Assembly: GCF_006345805.1 (NCBI RefSeq)
Contig: NC_043025.1
Coordinates: 5,580,001 to 5,644,000 of the forward strand
From: Octopus sinensis
Taxonomy: Eukaryota
Direction of reading: 5' to 3'
Length of the DNA stretch: 64,000 nucleotides
Each line of letters starts with the position of its first letter. Position 1 is the stretch's first letter. Positions 49,467-63,523 of the stretch are shown piece after piece. A program made the position numbers and the translations under genes. The notes beneath the pieces are model-generated. The model did not search any database. It was not told the origin of the DNA and saw nothing but the letters and a program-made list of their open reading frames with translations.

Positions 49467-49880
49467 ACAGAACTTTGGCATCGAGAGTTACACAATTACT
49501 AGAACTGGGCGTCGCTGCATAGTGCCAAGGACTCCAAATTTGCCATCAAGATGTAGGACAAGATACTGTGATAGCCTGGGCTTCAGAGGCCCACAGCTCT
49601 TCAATATCCTCCCGAAGAACCTAAGAGACCTGTATGGGGGTGGATGCAGATGTCTTTAAAATGAAACTGGATCTCTTCCTGTCAGGTGTCCCAGATGACA
49701 CAACTTCACGGCAGGAGGGGCAGATGAGGGCAGCTGCATCGAACTCTCTCATGCACAAATGGCAATTGCTAAAAGCATTCGTGAAGTAAAATCATGTAGC
49801 AACACCGAATGGCGGTGCCCCAGCATGGCCACAGCTCGTGAGCTGAAACTAGATAAATAAAAAAATAAAATAAAAAAGAA
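49467..49880 (+). mobile_element. CR1-group LINE 3' fragment
   Basis: Similar to 18520-18895 (TGRRCIVP, LGFRGPQLFNILPK, KLDLFLS); same GGCGGTGCYCCAGCATGGCC tail. Confidence 0.85.
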
Positions 49881-49887
49881 GAATATA

Positions 49888-50049
49888 GGCGCAGGAGTGG
49901 CTGTGTGGTAAGTAGCTTGCTAACTAACCACATGGTTCCGGGTTCTGTCCCCACTGCGTGGCACTTGGGCAAGTGTCTTCTGCTATAGCCCCGGGCCGAC
50001 CAATGCCTTGTGAGTGGATTTGGTAGACGGAACTGAAAGAAGCCCGTCG

Positions 50050-50128
<79 letters not shown>

Positions 50129-50346
50129 TGTGTCTGTTTGTCCCCCTAGCATTGCTTGACAACCGATGCTGGTGTGTTTACGTCCCCGTAACTTAGCGGT
50201 TCGGCAAAAGAGACCGATAGAATAAGTAAGTACTGGGCTTACAAAGAATAAGTCCCGGAGTCGAGTTGCTCGACTAAAGGCGGTGCTCCAGCATGGCCGC
50301 AGTCAAATGACTGAAACAAGTAAAAGAGTAAAAGAGTAAAGAGTAA
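49888..50346 (+). mobile_element. SINE family A full copy
   Basis: Head ggcgcaggagtggctgtgtgg; (AGTAAAAG)n tail. Confidence 0.9.
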
Positions 50347-50908
50347 TCTGTAGAATTCCCGTGTTTGCGTCTAAACGCAAGGCCTATCTCCTTTATACGC
50401 CGTCAGCTGTTCACAGCCTCCTCTGTAATTCCAATTTGCGCCTGTCTTTATATACAAGATATGCGCACACAGGCGCATGAAATATTCACGGTTCGACATG
50501 GTAAAAACAACAGCTTAATGCTAATTCACCGTCGAATCAAATCCTACAGCATTTGAAGAAGGAAAAAAAAAATCAAAAGATAAAATCAGAAACAAAAGGT
50601 AGGCACACGAAATAATGTACTCTCAGGTATACAATGCCTGAATGAAATAGGGGTTTGTTATGAATATAACATCTTTGATCATGTGTTTGGTGGACAAGCT
50701 TGTGACCTTGGGCTAAAGAACAGCAACAACTACAACAATAACAACAACAGCAGCATTCGTATTTCATGCTGACCGCTGGCTTTGCTAGAAATGGTAGCTA
50801 GATAGCCTGCAAATCATTTTTGTGTTGTTGCTGGTTATTATTATTATTTTTTTTTAAATGAAGGACATGTAATAGTCGCGGTGGCGGGTGGAGGAAAGCC
50901 ATTGTAAT

Positions 50909-51023
50909 AGAAGAAGAAGAAGAAGAAGAAGAAGAAGAAGAAGAAGAAGAAGAAGAAGAAGAAGAAGAAGAAGAAGAAGAAGAAGAAGAAGAAGAAGAAG
51001 AAGAAGAAGAAGAAGAAGAAGAA
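50909..51023. repeat. Pure (AAG)n microsatellite
   Basis: About 38 uninterrupted units. Confidence 0.98.
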
Positions 51024-51170
51024 AGAAACAAAGAAAGAAAGAAGAAATAGCCGTGAATGTCACGGTTGGAATGCATATGAATGCGCGATCATAGATTGGT
51101 TGGATCCAGACTGACCAGGGGCTAAACAATTACAGCAAAATATACGCAATGCCAACATAACACCTACACG

Positions 51171-51221
<51 letters not shown>

Positions 51222-51596
51222 CATATATATATATATATATGAATATGTTAGTATGTATGCATATATATATATATATATATATATGTTTTGTATGTATGCA
51301 TATATATATGTGTGTGTGTATATATATGAGGAAGACTTACAATATAAACAGCTGTATATGTTTGTTCGTTGATAAATATGATAAATATATACATATGCGT
51401 ATATAAACATATACATAATACACACACATGTATATATATATATATATATTTATACGGTGGTGCCCCAGCATGACCGCGACCTTCGGGCTAAAACATTTTA
51501 AAGGATTTTAAGGATTTAAGGATATATAAAAATATGCAGGCACGCATATCTATCTATCTATCTATCTATATACCTATCTATCTCTCTATCTATTTG

Positions 51597-51678
<82 letters not shown>

Positions 51679-51861
51679 CATCTATCTATCTATCTATCTA
51701 TCTACCTATCTATATACCTATCTATCAGATACAGGTAAATAAAATACATTATGAATGCGCACACATAAACAAAGGCATAGAAACATACACACACACACAC
51801 ACACACCACACACACATATATATATATGCACATACACACATCACCAACATACACACGCAAC

Positions 51862-51943
<82 letters not shown>

Positions 51944-52619
51944 GATACATTCACATACACCACACGCACACCTCAAATGGTTCACTAACTATATTTATAA
52001 ACACAATCGCGAAATAATACTCAAAATATTTTCTCCTTTCATTTTCTCCACACATACCATACGTGTGCAATTATATACACACACACACACACACACACAT
52101 AATATATATATATTATATATATATATATAATATATATTATATCATATATGCATGTATGTATGTATGTATGTATGTATGTATGTATGTATGTATGTATATG
52201 GTGTGTATGTATGTATGTATGTATGTGTGTATGTATGTATGTATGTATGTATGTATGTATGTATGTATGTGTGTATGCTCTTCTATCTTGCAAAAAGGAC
52301 TTACCTCTAATTTGAAACGAAGGGTGTTAAAAAAGAAAGTCGCGTATTTTTTCGTCCTTCTTACACCATTTTTGCATCGAAGCATCCCGTTCCACCACCA
52401 CCACCATCACCACCGGCAACTTCACCACCACCACCACCACCATCTCGGCTACGGCAGCGCCGTCCCCCGTCGCCGCCTCCAGTATTTCTTCTTCTACTGC
52501 CTTCATCAATAACAAAGCAGCAGCGGCAGCAGCAGTCGCAATTGTAGCAGCATGACCATGTGTAGTAGTAGTAGTAGTAGTAGCAGTAGCAGCAGAAGAA
52601 GAATTGATTATCAAACAAC

Positions 52620-53563
52620 ACAGTCGTCACCGCTGCCTCCGCCACTGCCGCCGCCTCCACCGCCGCCACCGCCGCCGCCACTGTCATCACCACCACCGCC
52701 GCCGCCACCACCACCATCACCAACATAGTTTTCACAACCACCACCGCCGCCGCCACTATCATCACCACCACCGCCGCCGCCGCCGCCACTATCATCACCA
52801 CCACCGCCGCCGCCGCCGCCACTATCATCACCACCACCACCGCCGCCGCCGCCACTATCATCACCACCACCACCGCCGCCGCCGCCACTATCATCACCAC
52901 CACCACCGCGCCGCCGCCACTATCATCACACCACCACCACCGCCGCCGCCACTATCATCACCACCACCGCCGCCGCCGCCGCCACTATCATCACCACCAC
53001 CACCGCCGCCGCCGCCACTATCATCACCACCACCGCCGCCGCCGCCGCCACTATCATCACCACCACCACCGCCGCCGCCACTATCATCACCACCACCACC
53101 GCCGCCGCCGCCACTATCATCACCACCACCGCCGCCGCCGCCACTATCATCACCACCACCACCGCCGCCGCCGCCGCCACCATCATCACCACCACCGCCG
53201 CCGCCGCCACTATCACCACCACCACCGCCGCCGCCGCCACTACCACCACCACCACCACTGTCACCACCGTCACCCCCACCCCCAATCAACATCGTCTCCA
53301 CCACCCCCGTCATCAATAGCAAACAGCATCATATTCAATAGTCAATCACAACAGCAGCATCAGCACTGATTTTTGCCAACACCCGTCCTACCCCGTTCTA
53401 ACCGCGCCATCGTCATCGATAACACAAGCGTCAGCATCATTCCACAGCAGCCATCATCATCACCATCATCATTACCACCGTCATCATCGTTTGCAAGACC
53501 ATATACTCTGGGTAGTAGTAGTAGTAATAGTAGTAGTAGTAGTAGCGGTGGTGGTGGTGGTAA

Positions 53564-53662
<99 letters not shown>

Positions 53663-54141
53663 CATCAACAGCAGCAGCAGCAACCGAAAACTGCTAATCG
53701 ACGACGACGCCACCACCACCGCCGCCGCCGCCACCGCCACCATTACCACTACCACCACCACCACCACCACCTACTACACTATTCGCTGGAGCAACTCTAT
53801 TGCATCATCATCATCATCACCATCATAAGCGGCAGCAGCAGGAGTATCGGCTGAAGCGGTGGTGGCGGTGGGGGAGAGGAGAGGGGGGGCAGCCTATACG
53901 GCATCGATAATGTCTCTCTCGTTTTAACGCTTACCACACAACACCGAGCGGCTTACATCACAAATGTAGTCGCAGTAGTAGTAGTAGTAGTAGTGGTAGT
54001 AATAATATCGACCGCAGCAACAGTCGTAGTGGTAGTAGTAGTAGTATTAGAAGTATTTGTAGTAACAGCAAGGGCTGTAGCGGCAACAGCAGCAGCAGCA
54101 GTAGTAGTAGTAGTAGTAGTAGCAGTAACAACAGCAGCAGC

Positions 54142-54178
<37 letters not shown>

Positions 54179-54186
54179 ACAACAGC

Positions 54187-54217
<31 letters not shown>

Positions 54218-54225
54218 ACAACAGC

Positions 54226-54259
<34 letters not shown>

Positions 54260-54267
54260 ACAACAGC

Positions 54268-54355
<88 letters not shown>

Positions 54356-54382
54356 ACAACAGCAGCAGCAGCAGTAGTGTTG

Positions 54383-54427
<45 letters not shown>

Positions 54428-54500
54428 ATTCATGCAGTTGTAATAAGAGACCCAGCTATTGGACAACTACCACCACCAGCACTACTACTACTACTATAAC
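52620..54500. repeat. GC-rich 27-30-bp minisatellite (52620-53280) and TAG/CAG/GGT trinucleotide tracts
   Basis: caccaccaccgccgccgccgccactatcat units; (TAG)n runs. Confidence 0.92.
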
Positions 54501-54619
54501 CGTCACCACTGCTATTACTACTACTGTTCGACCCTGAACCATGACCACTTCATCTGACCTCAGAACAAAGACGTTCTGACCATGACCACCTCATCTGACC
54601 AAAGTCAAACAGAAGTCAA

Positions 54620-55790
54620 AGGCTACATTAAAATGTATTTGTTGTTCTTATTTAACCCCTGGTCAGCCCTGCTCCTACTCGAGCAGACCTAGGATCATAG
54701 ACGTTCCAGATGTGCCCATCCCATCCCGTCTTTTATTCAAGCATAATTCACCTAGGACTACATTATCTAATGTCCTCTTGTAATTATTTAACCCCATGTC
54801 AGCCCTGCTCCTAGGTCCAGCAGACCTATGAGCCAATCCAGATGTGGCCATCCCATCCTGTCTTTTATTCAAGCATAATATACCTAGGGCTACATTGTCT
54901 AATGTCCTGTTGTTGTTATTTAAACCCTGGTCAGCTCTGCTCCTACTCCAGCAGACCTAGGATCATAGACGTTCCAGATGTGGCCATCCCATCCTGTCTT
55001 TTATTCAAGCATAATATACCTAGGACTACATTGTCTAATGTCCTGTTGTTATTTAAACCCTGGTCAGCCCTGCTCCCATGTCCAGCAAAACTAGGATCAT
55101 AGACGTTCCAGATGTGGCCATCCCATCAGGGTTTTTAGTCAAGCATAATGTACCTAGGACTACATTGTCTAATGTCCTGTTGTTATTTAAACCCTGGTCA
55201 GCCCTATTCCCATGTCCAGCAAAACTAGGATCATAGACATTCCAGATGTGGCCATCCCATCAGGTTTTTTAGTCAAGCATAATGCACCTAGGACTACATT
55301 ATCTAATGTCCTCTTGTAATTATTTAACCCCATGTCAGCCCTGCTCCTAGGTCCAGCAGACCTATGAGCCAATCCAGATGTGGCCATCCCATCCTGTATT
55401 TTATTCAAGCATAATCTACCTAGGACTACATTATCTAATGTCCTGTAGTAATTATTTAACCCCAGGTCATCTCTGATTCAACAGATTTATGATTAAATGC
55501 ATTCCACTAATGACCATCCCATCTTTTATTCAGGCACAGTATATCTAGGACTACATTATCCAAAGTGCTCTTGTTATTTTGCAGTTGTTATGACTGTTTT
55601 TTAACCCCAGGTCAACATTGATCCAGCAGACCTATGATCCAAGATGTTCCAACTGTGACCATCCCATTTTTTGTTGAGACGTGGTGTTTCTGGGACTACA
55701 TTATCTAATGTGATGTCTATTGATTTGTTTAGCTGTTGCTTAGCTCCAACTCAGCAGACAGTCCAGATGTGACCATCCCTTCTTTTATTC
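54620..55790. repeat. About 134-bp tandem repeat, 7-8 copies, degrading to the right
   Basis: tatttaaccc recurs at 54649, 54785, 54917, 55050, 55184, 55321 and 55453. Confidence 0.9.
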
Positions 55791-55859
55791 AGACTTATCA
55801 ATATTTAGGATTATATTGGTTCAAAATTTTGGCACAAGGCCAGCAATTTAAAGAGACAG

Positions 55860-58380
55860 CTAAACAACCACATCATTAACATCTCAAAGCTATGAGATAA
55901 TGCATGATTAATTCAAAACAAGGCCAGATCCAGCCTCTCACACCTACCCTACAATGTCATTCTAAAAATAAACAATCACATCATTGAAATCTCAAAGCTC
56001 TGAGATAATGCATGATTAATTCAAAACAAGGCCAGATCCATCCTCTCACACCTACCCTACAATGTCATTCTAAAAATAAACAACCCCATCATTGAAATCT
56101 CAAAGCTATGAGATAATGCATGATTAATTCAAAACAAGGCCAGATCCAGCCTCTCACACCTACCCTACAATGTCATTCTAAAAATAAACAATCACATCAT
56201 TGAAATCTCAAAGCTATGAGATAATGCATGTTTAATTCAAAACAAGGCCAGATCCAGCCTCTCACACCTACCCTACAATGTCATTCTAAAAAATACATCA
56301 CATCTTTGAAATCTCAAAGCTATGAGATGATGCATGATTAATTCAAAACAAGGCCAGATCCTGCCTCTCACACCTACCCTACAATGTCATTCTAAAAATA
56401 AACAATCACATCATTGAAATCTCAAAGCTCTGAGATAATGCATGATTAATTCAAAACAAGGCCAGATCCTCCTCTCACACCTACCTACAATGTCATTCTA
56501 AAAATAAACAACCCCATCATTGAAATCTCAAAGCTATGAGATAATGCATGATTAATTCAAAACAAGGCCAGATCCAGCCTCTCACACCTACCCTACAATG
56601 TCATTCTAAAAATAAACAATCACATAATTGAAATCTCAAAGCTATGAGATAATGCATGTTTAATTCAAAACAAGGCCAGATCCAGCCTCTCACACCTACC
56701 CTACAATGTCATTCTAAAAATAAACAATCACATCTTTGAAATCTCAAAGCTATGAGATGATGCATGATTAATTCAAAACAAGGCCAGATCCTGCCTCTCA
56801 CACCTACCCTACAATGTCATTCTAAAAATAAACAATTACATCATTGAAATCTCAAGCTATGATAATGCATGATTAATTCAAAACAAAGCCAGATCCAGCC
56901 TCTCACACCTACCCTACAATGTCATTCTACAAAAACAATCACACATCATTGAAATCTCAAGTTATGAGATAATGCATGTTTAATTCAAAACAAGGCCAGA
57001 TCCAGCCTCTCACACCTACCCTACAATGTCATTCTAAAAATAAACAATCACATCTTTGAAATCTCAAAGCTATGAGATGATGCATGATTAATTCAAAACA
57101 AGGCCAGATCCAGCCTCTCACACCTACCCTACAATGTCATTCTAAAAATAAACAATCACACCTTTGAAATCTCAAAGCTATGAGATAATGCATGATTAAT
57201 TCAAAACAAAGCAAGATCCAGCCTCTCACACCTACCCTACAATGTCATTCTAAAAATAAACAATCACATCATTGAAATCTCAAAGCTATGAGATAATGCA
57301 TGATTAATTCAAAACAAGGCCAGATCCTGCCTCTCATACCTACCCTACAATGTCATTCTAAAAATAAACAATTACATCATTGAAATCTCAAAGCTATGAG
57401 ATAAGGCATGATTAATTCAAAACAAGGCCAGATCCAGCCTCTCACACCTACCCTACAATGTCATTCTAAAAATAAACAATCACATCTTTGAAATCTCAAA
57501 GCTATGAGATGATGCATGATTAATTCAAAACAAGGCCAGATCCATCCTCTCACACCTACCCTACAATGTCATTCTAAAAATAAACAACCCCATCATTGAA
57601 ATCTCAAAGCTATGAGATAATGCATGATTAATTCAAAACAAGGCCAGATCCAGCCTCTCACACCTACCCTACAATGTCATTCTAAAAATAAACAATCACA
57701 TAATTGAAATCTCAAAGCTATGAGATAATGCATGTTTAATTCAAAACAAGGCCAGATCCAGCCTCTCACACCTACCCTACAATGTCATTCTAAAAATAAA
57801 CAATCACATCTTTGAAATCTCAAAGCTATGAGATGATGCATGATTAATTCAAAACAAGGCCAGATCCTGCCTCTCACACCTACCCTACAATGTCATTCTA
57901 AAAATAAACAATTACATCATTGAAATCTCAAAGCTATGAGATAATGCATGATTAATTCAAAACAAAGCCAGATCCAGCCTCTCACACCTACCCTACAATG
58001 TCATTCTAAAAATAAACAATCACATCATTGAAATCTCAAAGCTATGAGATAATGCATGTTTAATTCAAAACAAGGCCAGATCCAGCCTCTCACACCTACC
58101 CTACAATGTCATTCTAAAAATAAACAATCACATCTTTGAAATCTCAAAGCTATGAGATGATGCATGATTAATTCAAAACAAGGCCAGATCCAGCCTCTCA
58201 CACCTACCCTACAATGTCATTCTAAAAATAAACAATCACACCTTTGAAATCTCAAAGCTATGAGATAATGCATGATTAATTCAAAACAAAGCAAGATCCA
58301 GCCTCTCACACCTACTCTACAATGTCATTCTAAAAATAAACAATCACATCATTGAAATCTCAAAGCTATGAGATAATGCA
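55860..58380. repeat. 108-bp satellite, about 23 copies, with higher-order structure
   Basis: ggccagatcc at 55922, 56030, 56138 and onward. Confidence 0.97.
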
Positions 58381-58612
58381 GTTTGCACCTGGTATTTAAT
58401 TTATCGACCCCTGAAAGGATGAAAGACAAAGTCAGCCTCGGCGGAATTTGAACTCAGAACCTAAAGACAGGCGAAATACCACTAAGCATTTCAGTCACTG
58501 TAGTAACACTTCTGCCAGGTTGCCACCTTGCATACATACATATATATATCTTCTTTTCAACTCTATGCACAAGACACCGCTGATAGTTGTTGTTGACAAA
58601 CAACTGCAGTAA

Positions 58613-58960
58613 TTTTATTCAGCTGAATACACATCATTGATTGGTTGAAATTACTGAAACATGACAACTTTAACGTCAAATAACTTCGTAAATATAAGTT
58701 TTATTCAGCTGAATACACGTCATCGATTGGTCGAAATTACTGAAACATGACAACTTTAACGTGAAATAACTTCGCAAATATAAGTTTTATTCAGCTGAAT
58801 ACACATCATTGATTGGTTGAAATTACTGAAACATGACAACTTTAACGTGAAATAACTTCGTAAATATAAGTTTTATTCAGCTGAATACACATCATCGATT
58901 GGTCGAAATTACTGAAACATGACAACTTTAACGTGAAATAACTTCGCAAATATAAGTTTT
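58613..58960. repeat. 86-bp tandem repeat, 4 copies
   Basis: ttttattcagctg at 58613, 58699, 58785 and 58871. Confidence 0.92.
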
Positions 58961-59079
58961 TCTCAAAAACACTCAGAGTAAAAGATGTTTTATATGACAC
59001 ATTCTACCAGTGTTCGAAGTTTGAAAGTGTTTAGTTACAAAAAATTATTTTTTAAATCTGTCGGTCAAAAGGTAAAGAT

Positions 59080-59225
59080 CAAAAAAACAGCTACAGAACC
59101 TGATGAAATGCTTCAGATGTTTTTTGGATTAAGGTGTATAATCCGAGCATTTGTTTTTCAATGGCACAAGAAATTCAAACATGGTGGAAAGGGGGTGGGA
59201 GATGATGGGAAGTGTGGGAGGGGGG
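59080..59225 (+). pseudogene. Mariner transposase N-terminal HTH fragment
   Basis: KTATEPDEMLQMFFG..IRAFVFQWHKKFKHG..VGDDGKCGR resembles mariner KTATETxEML..AYG...VFEWHKRFKEG...DDxRSGRP. Confidence 0.65.
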
Positions 59226-59300
59226 CGAGTGGGATGTCAGAATATCAGAACTGGACGGAGAAAATTCTTACGTTTCTCTCTATCACATATATTCCCTCCG

Positions 59301-59332
<32 letters not shown>

Positions 59333-59409
59333 ATGCACATATTCTGTATGTGTGTGTGTGTTTCTCTTTGATTCCCCAATTTCATTTTATCTTTCCCACA
59401 CACACTCCC

Positions 59410-59442
<33 letters not shown>

Positions 59443-59555
59443 CCCCTCTCTCTCCCCGCTCTATCTCTTGTTACTCATATGCCTCTCTCTACCCTTATCT
59501 ATCTTTCTTTCTTCCACTCTCGATGTCTCCCCTTTCTCTGTCAAACACACTTCAA

Positions 59556-59586
<31 letters not shown>

Positions 59587-59619
59587 TGCTTATCAGACTC
59601 CAATACCTGCAGGCATATA

Positions 59620-60725
59620 TATTTCTTTACTACCCACAAGGGGCTAAACACAGAGAGGACAAACAAGGACAGACAAACGAATTAAGTCGATTACATCGAC
59701 CCTAGTGCATAACTGGTACTTAATTTATCGACCCTGAAAGGATGAAAAGCAAAGTCGACCTCGGTGGAATTTGAACTCAGAGGAAATACCTATTTCTTTA
59801 CTACCCACAAGGGGCTGAACATAAAAGGGACAAACAAGGACAGACAAACGAATTAAGTCGATTACATCGACCCCAGTGCGTAACTGGTACTTAATTTATC
59901 GACCCCGAAAGGATGAAAGGCAAAGTCGACCTCGGTGGAATTTGAACTCAGAACATAACGGCAGACGAAATACCTATTTCTTTACTACCCACAAGGGGCT
60001 AAACACAGAGAGGACAAACAAGGACAGACAAACGAATTAAGTCGATTACATCAACCCTAGTGCATAACTGGTACTTAATTTATCGACCCTGAAAGGATGA
60101 AAGGCAAAGTCGACCTCGGTGGAATTTGAACTCAGAGGAAATACCTATTTCTTTACTACCCACAAGGGGCTGAACATAAAAGGGACAAACAAGGACAGAC
60201 AAACGAATTAAGTCGATTACATCGACCCCAGTGCGTAACTGGTACTTAATTTATCGACCCCGAAAGGATGAAAGGCAAAGTCGACCTCGGCGGAATTTGA
60301 ACTCAGAACATAACGGCAGACGAAATACCTATTTCTTTACTACCCACAAGGGGCTAAACATAAAAGGGACAAACAAGGACAGACAAACGAATTAAGTCGA
60401 TTACATCAACCCTAGTGTGTAACTGGTACTTAATTTATCGACCCCGAAAGAATGAAAGGCAAAGTCAACCTCGGCGGAATTTGAACTCAGAACATAACGG
60501 CAGACGAAATACCTATTTCTTTACTACCCACAAGGGGCTAAACATAAAAGGGACAAACAAGGACAGACAAACGAATTAAGTCGATTACATCAACCCTAGT
60601 GCATAACTGGTACTTAATTTATTTACCCTGAAAGGATGAAAGGCAAAGTTGACCTCGGCCGAATTTGAACTCAAAACATAACAGCAGACGAAATATGGCT
60701 AACGGTTCTACCAGCTCGCCGCCTT
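59620..60725 (-). mobile_element. SINE family B hexamer
   Basis: Units of 171/184/171/184/184 bp plus the head unit, all with the same junction. Confidence 0.9.
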
Positions 60726-60849
60726 CTGCTGGCATATAACCTCAGTAATATGCCTGTTGCAGCCATTGGAGTCTGTCGAGTCATCTATAAAGCTAAGTGC
60801 CCTATAGATACAAAAAAATTGGTCACTCTATGACCAGATATATATTTAA

Positions 60850-61246
60850 CTAGCAGTATCGCTTGGCATTGCTCGGGTTTGTAAGGGAAATAACTATATA
60901 AGCATTTTTAGAGATGTAAAGTATGATAGCCAACTCAATATGGCTAACCACAAAGGGGGGGGGGTTACTGTAGCTTTTTACGTTCTGAGATTTAATAATA
61001 AATTTTTAGAGAGTTACTTCCCTTATATATGCCAAAAATGCATTATAAATGGGAAAAATTTATGGTAAATTTTTTTTTAAATCGTAGACTCATTGTAGAC
61101 ACGCACTAATACCCAGAAGGGCTCGATATGAATCACGACTATAAGATACCCGGTTTTGGTTAAACTGCACCGCAAAATGTGGGAGTAGTTTGGAATCTAA
61201 ATCGTAGGAGACAGACAGCACACAACCTCACTTTTAAATATAAAGA
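60850..61246 (-). mobile_element. Non-autonomous Helitron-type element
   Basis: On -: A|TC start, degenerate CCCGAGCA..hairpin and CTAG|T end; no TSD. Confidence 0.65.
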
Positions 61247-61412
61247 TTTCATGTAAATACATTCCTTCTCTCTACTTTGATTGTTCTTCTTTTTCGGATA
61301 AAAGATCCATTGACGAGATATAATATATATATATACATTACAAAATGTAATCACATGTGAAACGTTGGTGATTTTTTTCTCTCTGTCTTCCTTTTCTATT
61401 GGACTTTCCTCT

Positions 61413-61448
61413 GTTTCTGAAGAAGAGTATTTGCTCGAAACATGAAAC
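61413..61448 (+). ncRNA. Decayed minimal type I hammerhead-like motif in a probable Penelope-like remnant (about 61250-61505)
   Basis: GTTT-CTGAAGA-A-GAGT(ATTT)GCTC-GAAAC-ATG-AAAC; the cleavage triplet is mutated. Confidence 0.45.
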
Positions 61449-61617
61449 CATCTTCCTTTGCTTCCTTGAGCGTCTGCTAATACTTTACATGTATCATGTC
61501 CTCCTGTTAAATCCTTAAAAATCCTTAAAAATGTTTTAGCCCGAAGGCCGCAGCCATGCTGGGGCACCACCGCTGTTGTTGTTTTTTGTGCTTGTTTTTC
61601 GTTTTTTTTTTGTATTT

Positions 61618-61662
<45 letters not shown>

Positions 61663-61709
61663 ATATATATATGTGTATATATATATGTATGTATGTATAT
61701 ATGTATGTA

Positions 61710-61772
<63 letters not shown>

Positions 61773-61775
61773 GTA

Positions 61776-61821
<46 letters not shown>

Positions 61822-61986
61822 GTATTATATGTATGTACATATATATTATATATATTATATATATATGTATATATATATATATATCTATATATATATATAT
61901 ATTATATATATATATATATGTATATATATAATATATATATAATATATATATATATATTATATATATGTATGTGTATATATATATAT

Positions 61987-62163
61987 ATCATCGTCGTTTA
62001 ACGTCCGTTCTCCATGCTAGCATGGGTTGGACGGTTCGACCGGGGTTCTGGGAAGCCAGAAGGCTGCACCAGGCTCTAGTCTAATTTGGCCATGTTTCTA
62101 CAGCTGGATGCCCTTCCTAACGCCAACCACTCCGTGAGTGTAGTGGGTGCTTTTTACGTGCCA

Positions 62164-62166
<3 letters not shown>
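61987..62166 (-). mobile_element. Family C copy
   Basis: Same tail and body, embedded in (TA)n. Confidence 0.8.
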
Positions 62167-62204
<38 letters not shown>

Positions 62205-63139
62205 CACGGAATTCTGTCAGTGAACAGGTCGCGGTCTCAAAGAGACGAAAATATTTTGACAAATTAAATTTGAATGTTGAAGTGAATCTAACAGTTTTTG
62301 TGTGTTTCTTAAAAGGCTTATAAACACCTTCCAGGTTGCAATTGTTTTCGTTCTAGCACACGATCTCAGATCAGGTCACTTGCTATGCAAGTACATCTCT
62401 GTAAATATATATATATATATATATATATGTATATCGATATACACACACATGTAATTGCATGTGTGCATGTGTATGCCTCTTTGTGCATACCCACAAATAT
62501 ACTTGGAGTTAAATTTCTGGGATGTTAAGCACGATAGACTTGGTCATGCGTAGGCAGAAAAAGGGACGGGGGAAGGAGTAAATGCGGAGTGAAGGAGAAA
62601 GAGAAAGAGAGACAGAGGGTAATGGTAAGAGGGAGAGTGTGAGAGAGAGTGAGTCAGAGGAAGAAAGAGAGAGATAACGGAAACGGGGGGGGGGAATAAA
62701 ATACGAACCAATTAAAGATGTTAAGTGTTTAAGATAAACTTTATATGTTCATACATACATACATACATACATACATACATACATGCACACACACATACAC
62801 ACACATACACACATACATACACACATATATACACACATATACACACATGCATGCATACATATATACACACATAGATACATGCACATACACACATATACAC
62901 ACACATATATATATATATATACACACACACACATATATATACACATACATACATGCACACACATATGTATATATATATACATATGCATACATACACATAC
63001 ACACACATATACACACACATATATACACACACACACATATATATATACACACATACATACACACACATATATATACACACATACATACACACACACATAT
63101 ACACATATGCATACACACACACACATATATATATATACA

Positions 63140-63352
63140 CGGCGAGCTGGTAGAAACGTTAGCACGCCGGGCGAAATTCGTCTATCGTTACGTTCCGAGT
63201 TCAAATTCCGCCGAGGTCGACTTTGCCTTTCATCCTTTCAGGGTCGATAAATTAAGTACCAGTTACGCTGGGGTCGATATAATCGACTTAATCCCTTTGT
63301 CTGTCCTTGTTTGTCCCCTCTGTGTTTAGCCCCTTGTGGGTAGTAAAGAAAT
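63140..63352 (+). mobile_element. SINE family B monomer (other monomers or partials: 3445-3645, 47570-47783 and 58385-58520, all on -)
   Basis: Same head, body and gaaata end. Confidence 0.85.
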
Positions 63353-63488
63353 ATATATATATATATACACATACATACACACACATATACACACAAATAC
63401 ATACACACGCATACACACACAAATACACACACACACACCCACATATATATATATACACATACATACACACATATACACACAAATACAT

Positions 63489-63523
<35 letters not shown>

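Noticed and set aside
52604-53341. 245-aa His/Pro-rich (extensin- or formin-like) ORF and neighbouring poly-S/V/L ORFs
   Set aside because: Product of a 27-30-bp minisatellite and trinucleotide runs, open in several frames on both strands.
55860-58380. CRISPR-like array (also considered for 25.7-27.2, 54.6-55.8 and 59.6-60.7 kb)
   Set aside because: Whole units repeat with no unique spacers, there are no cas genes, and the context is eukaryotic.
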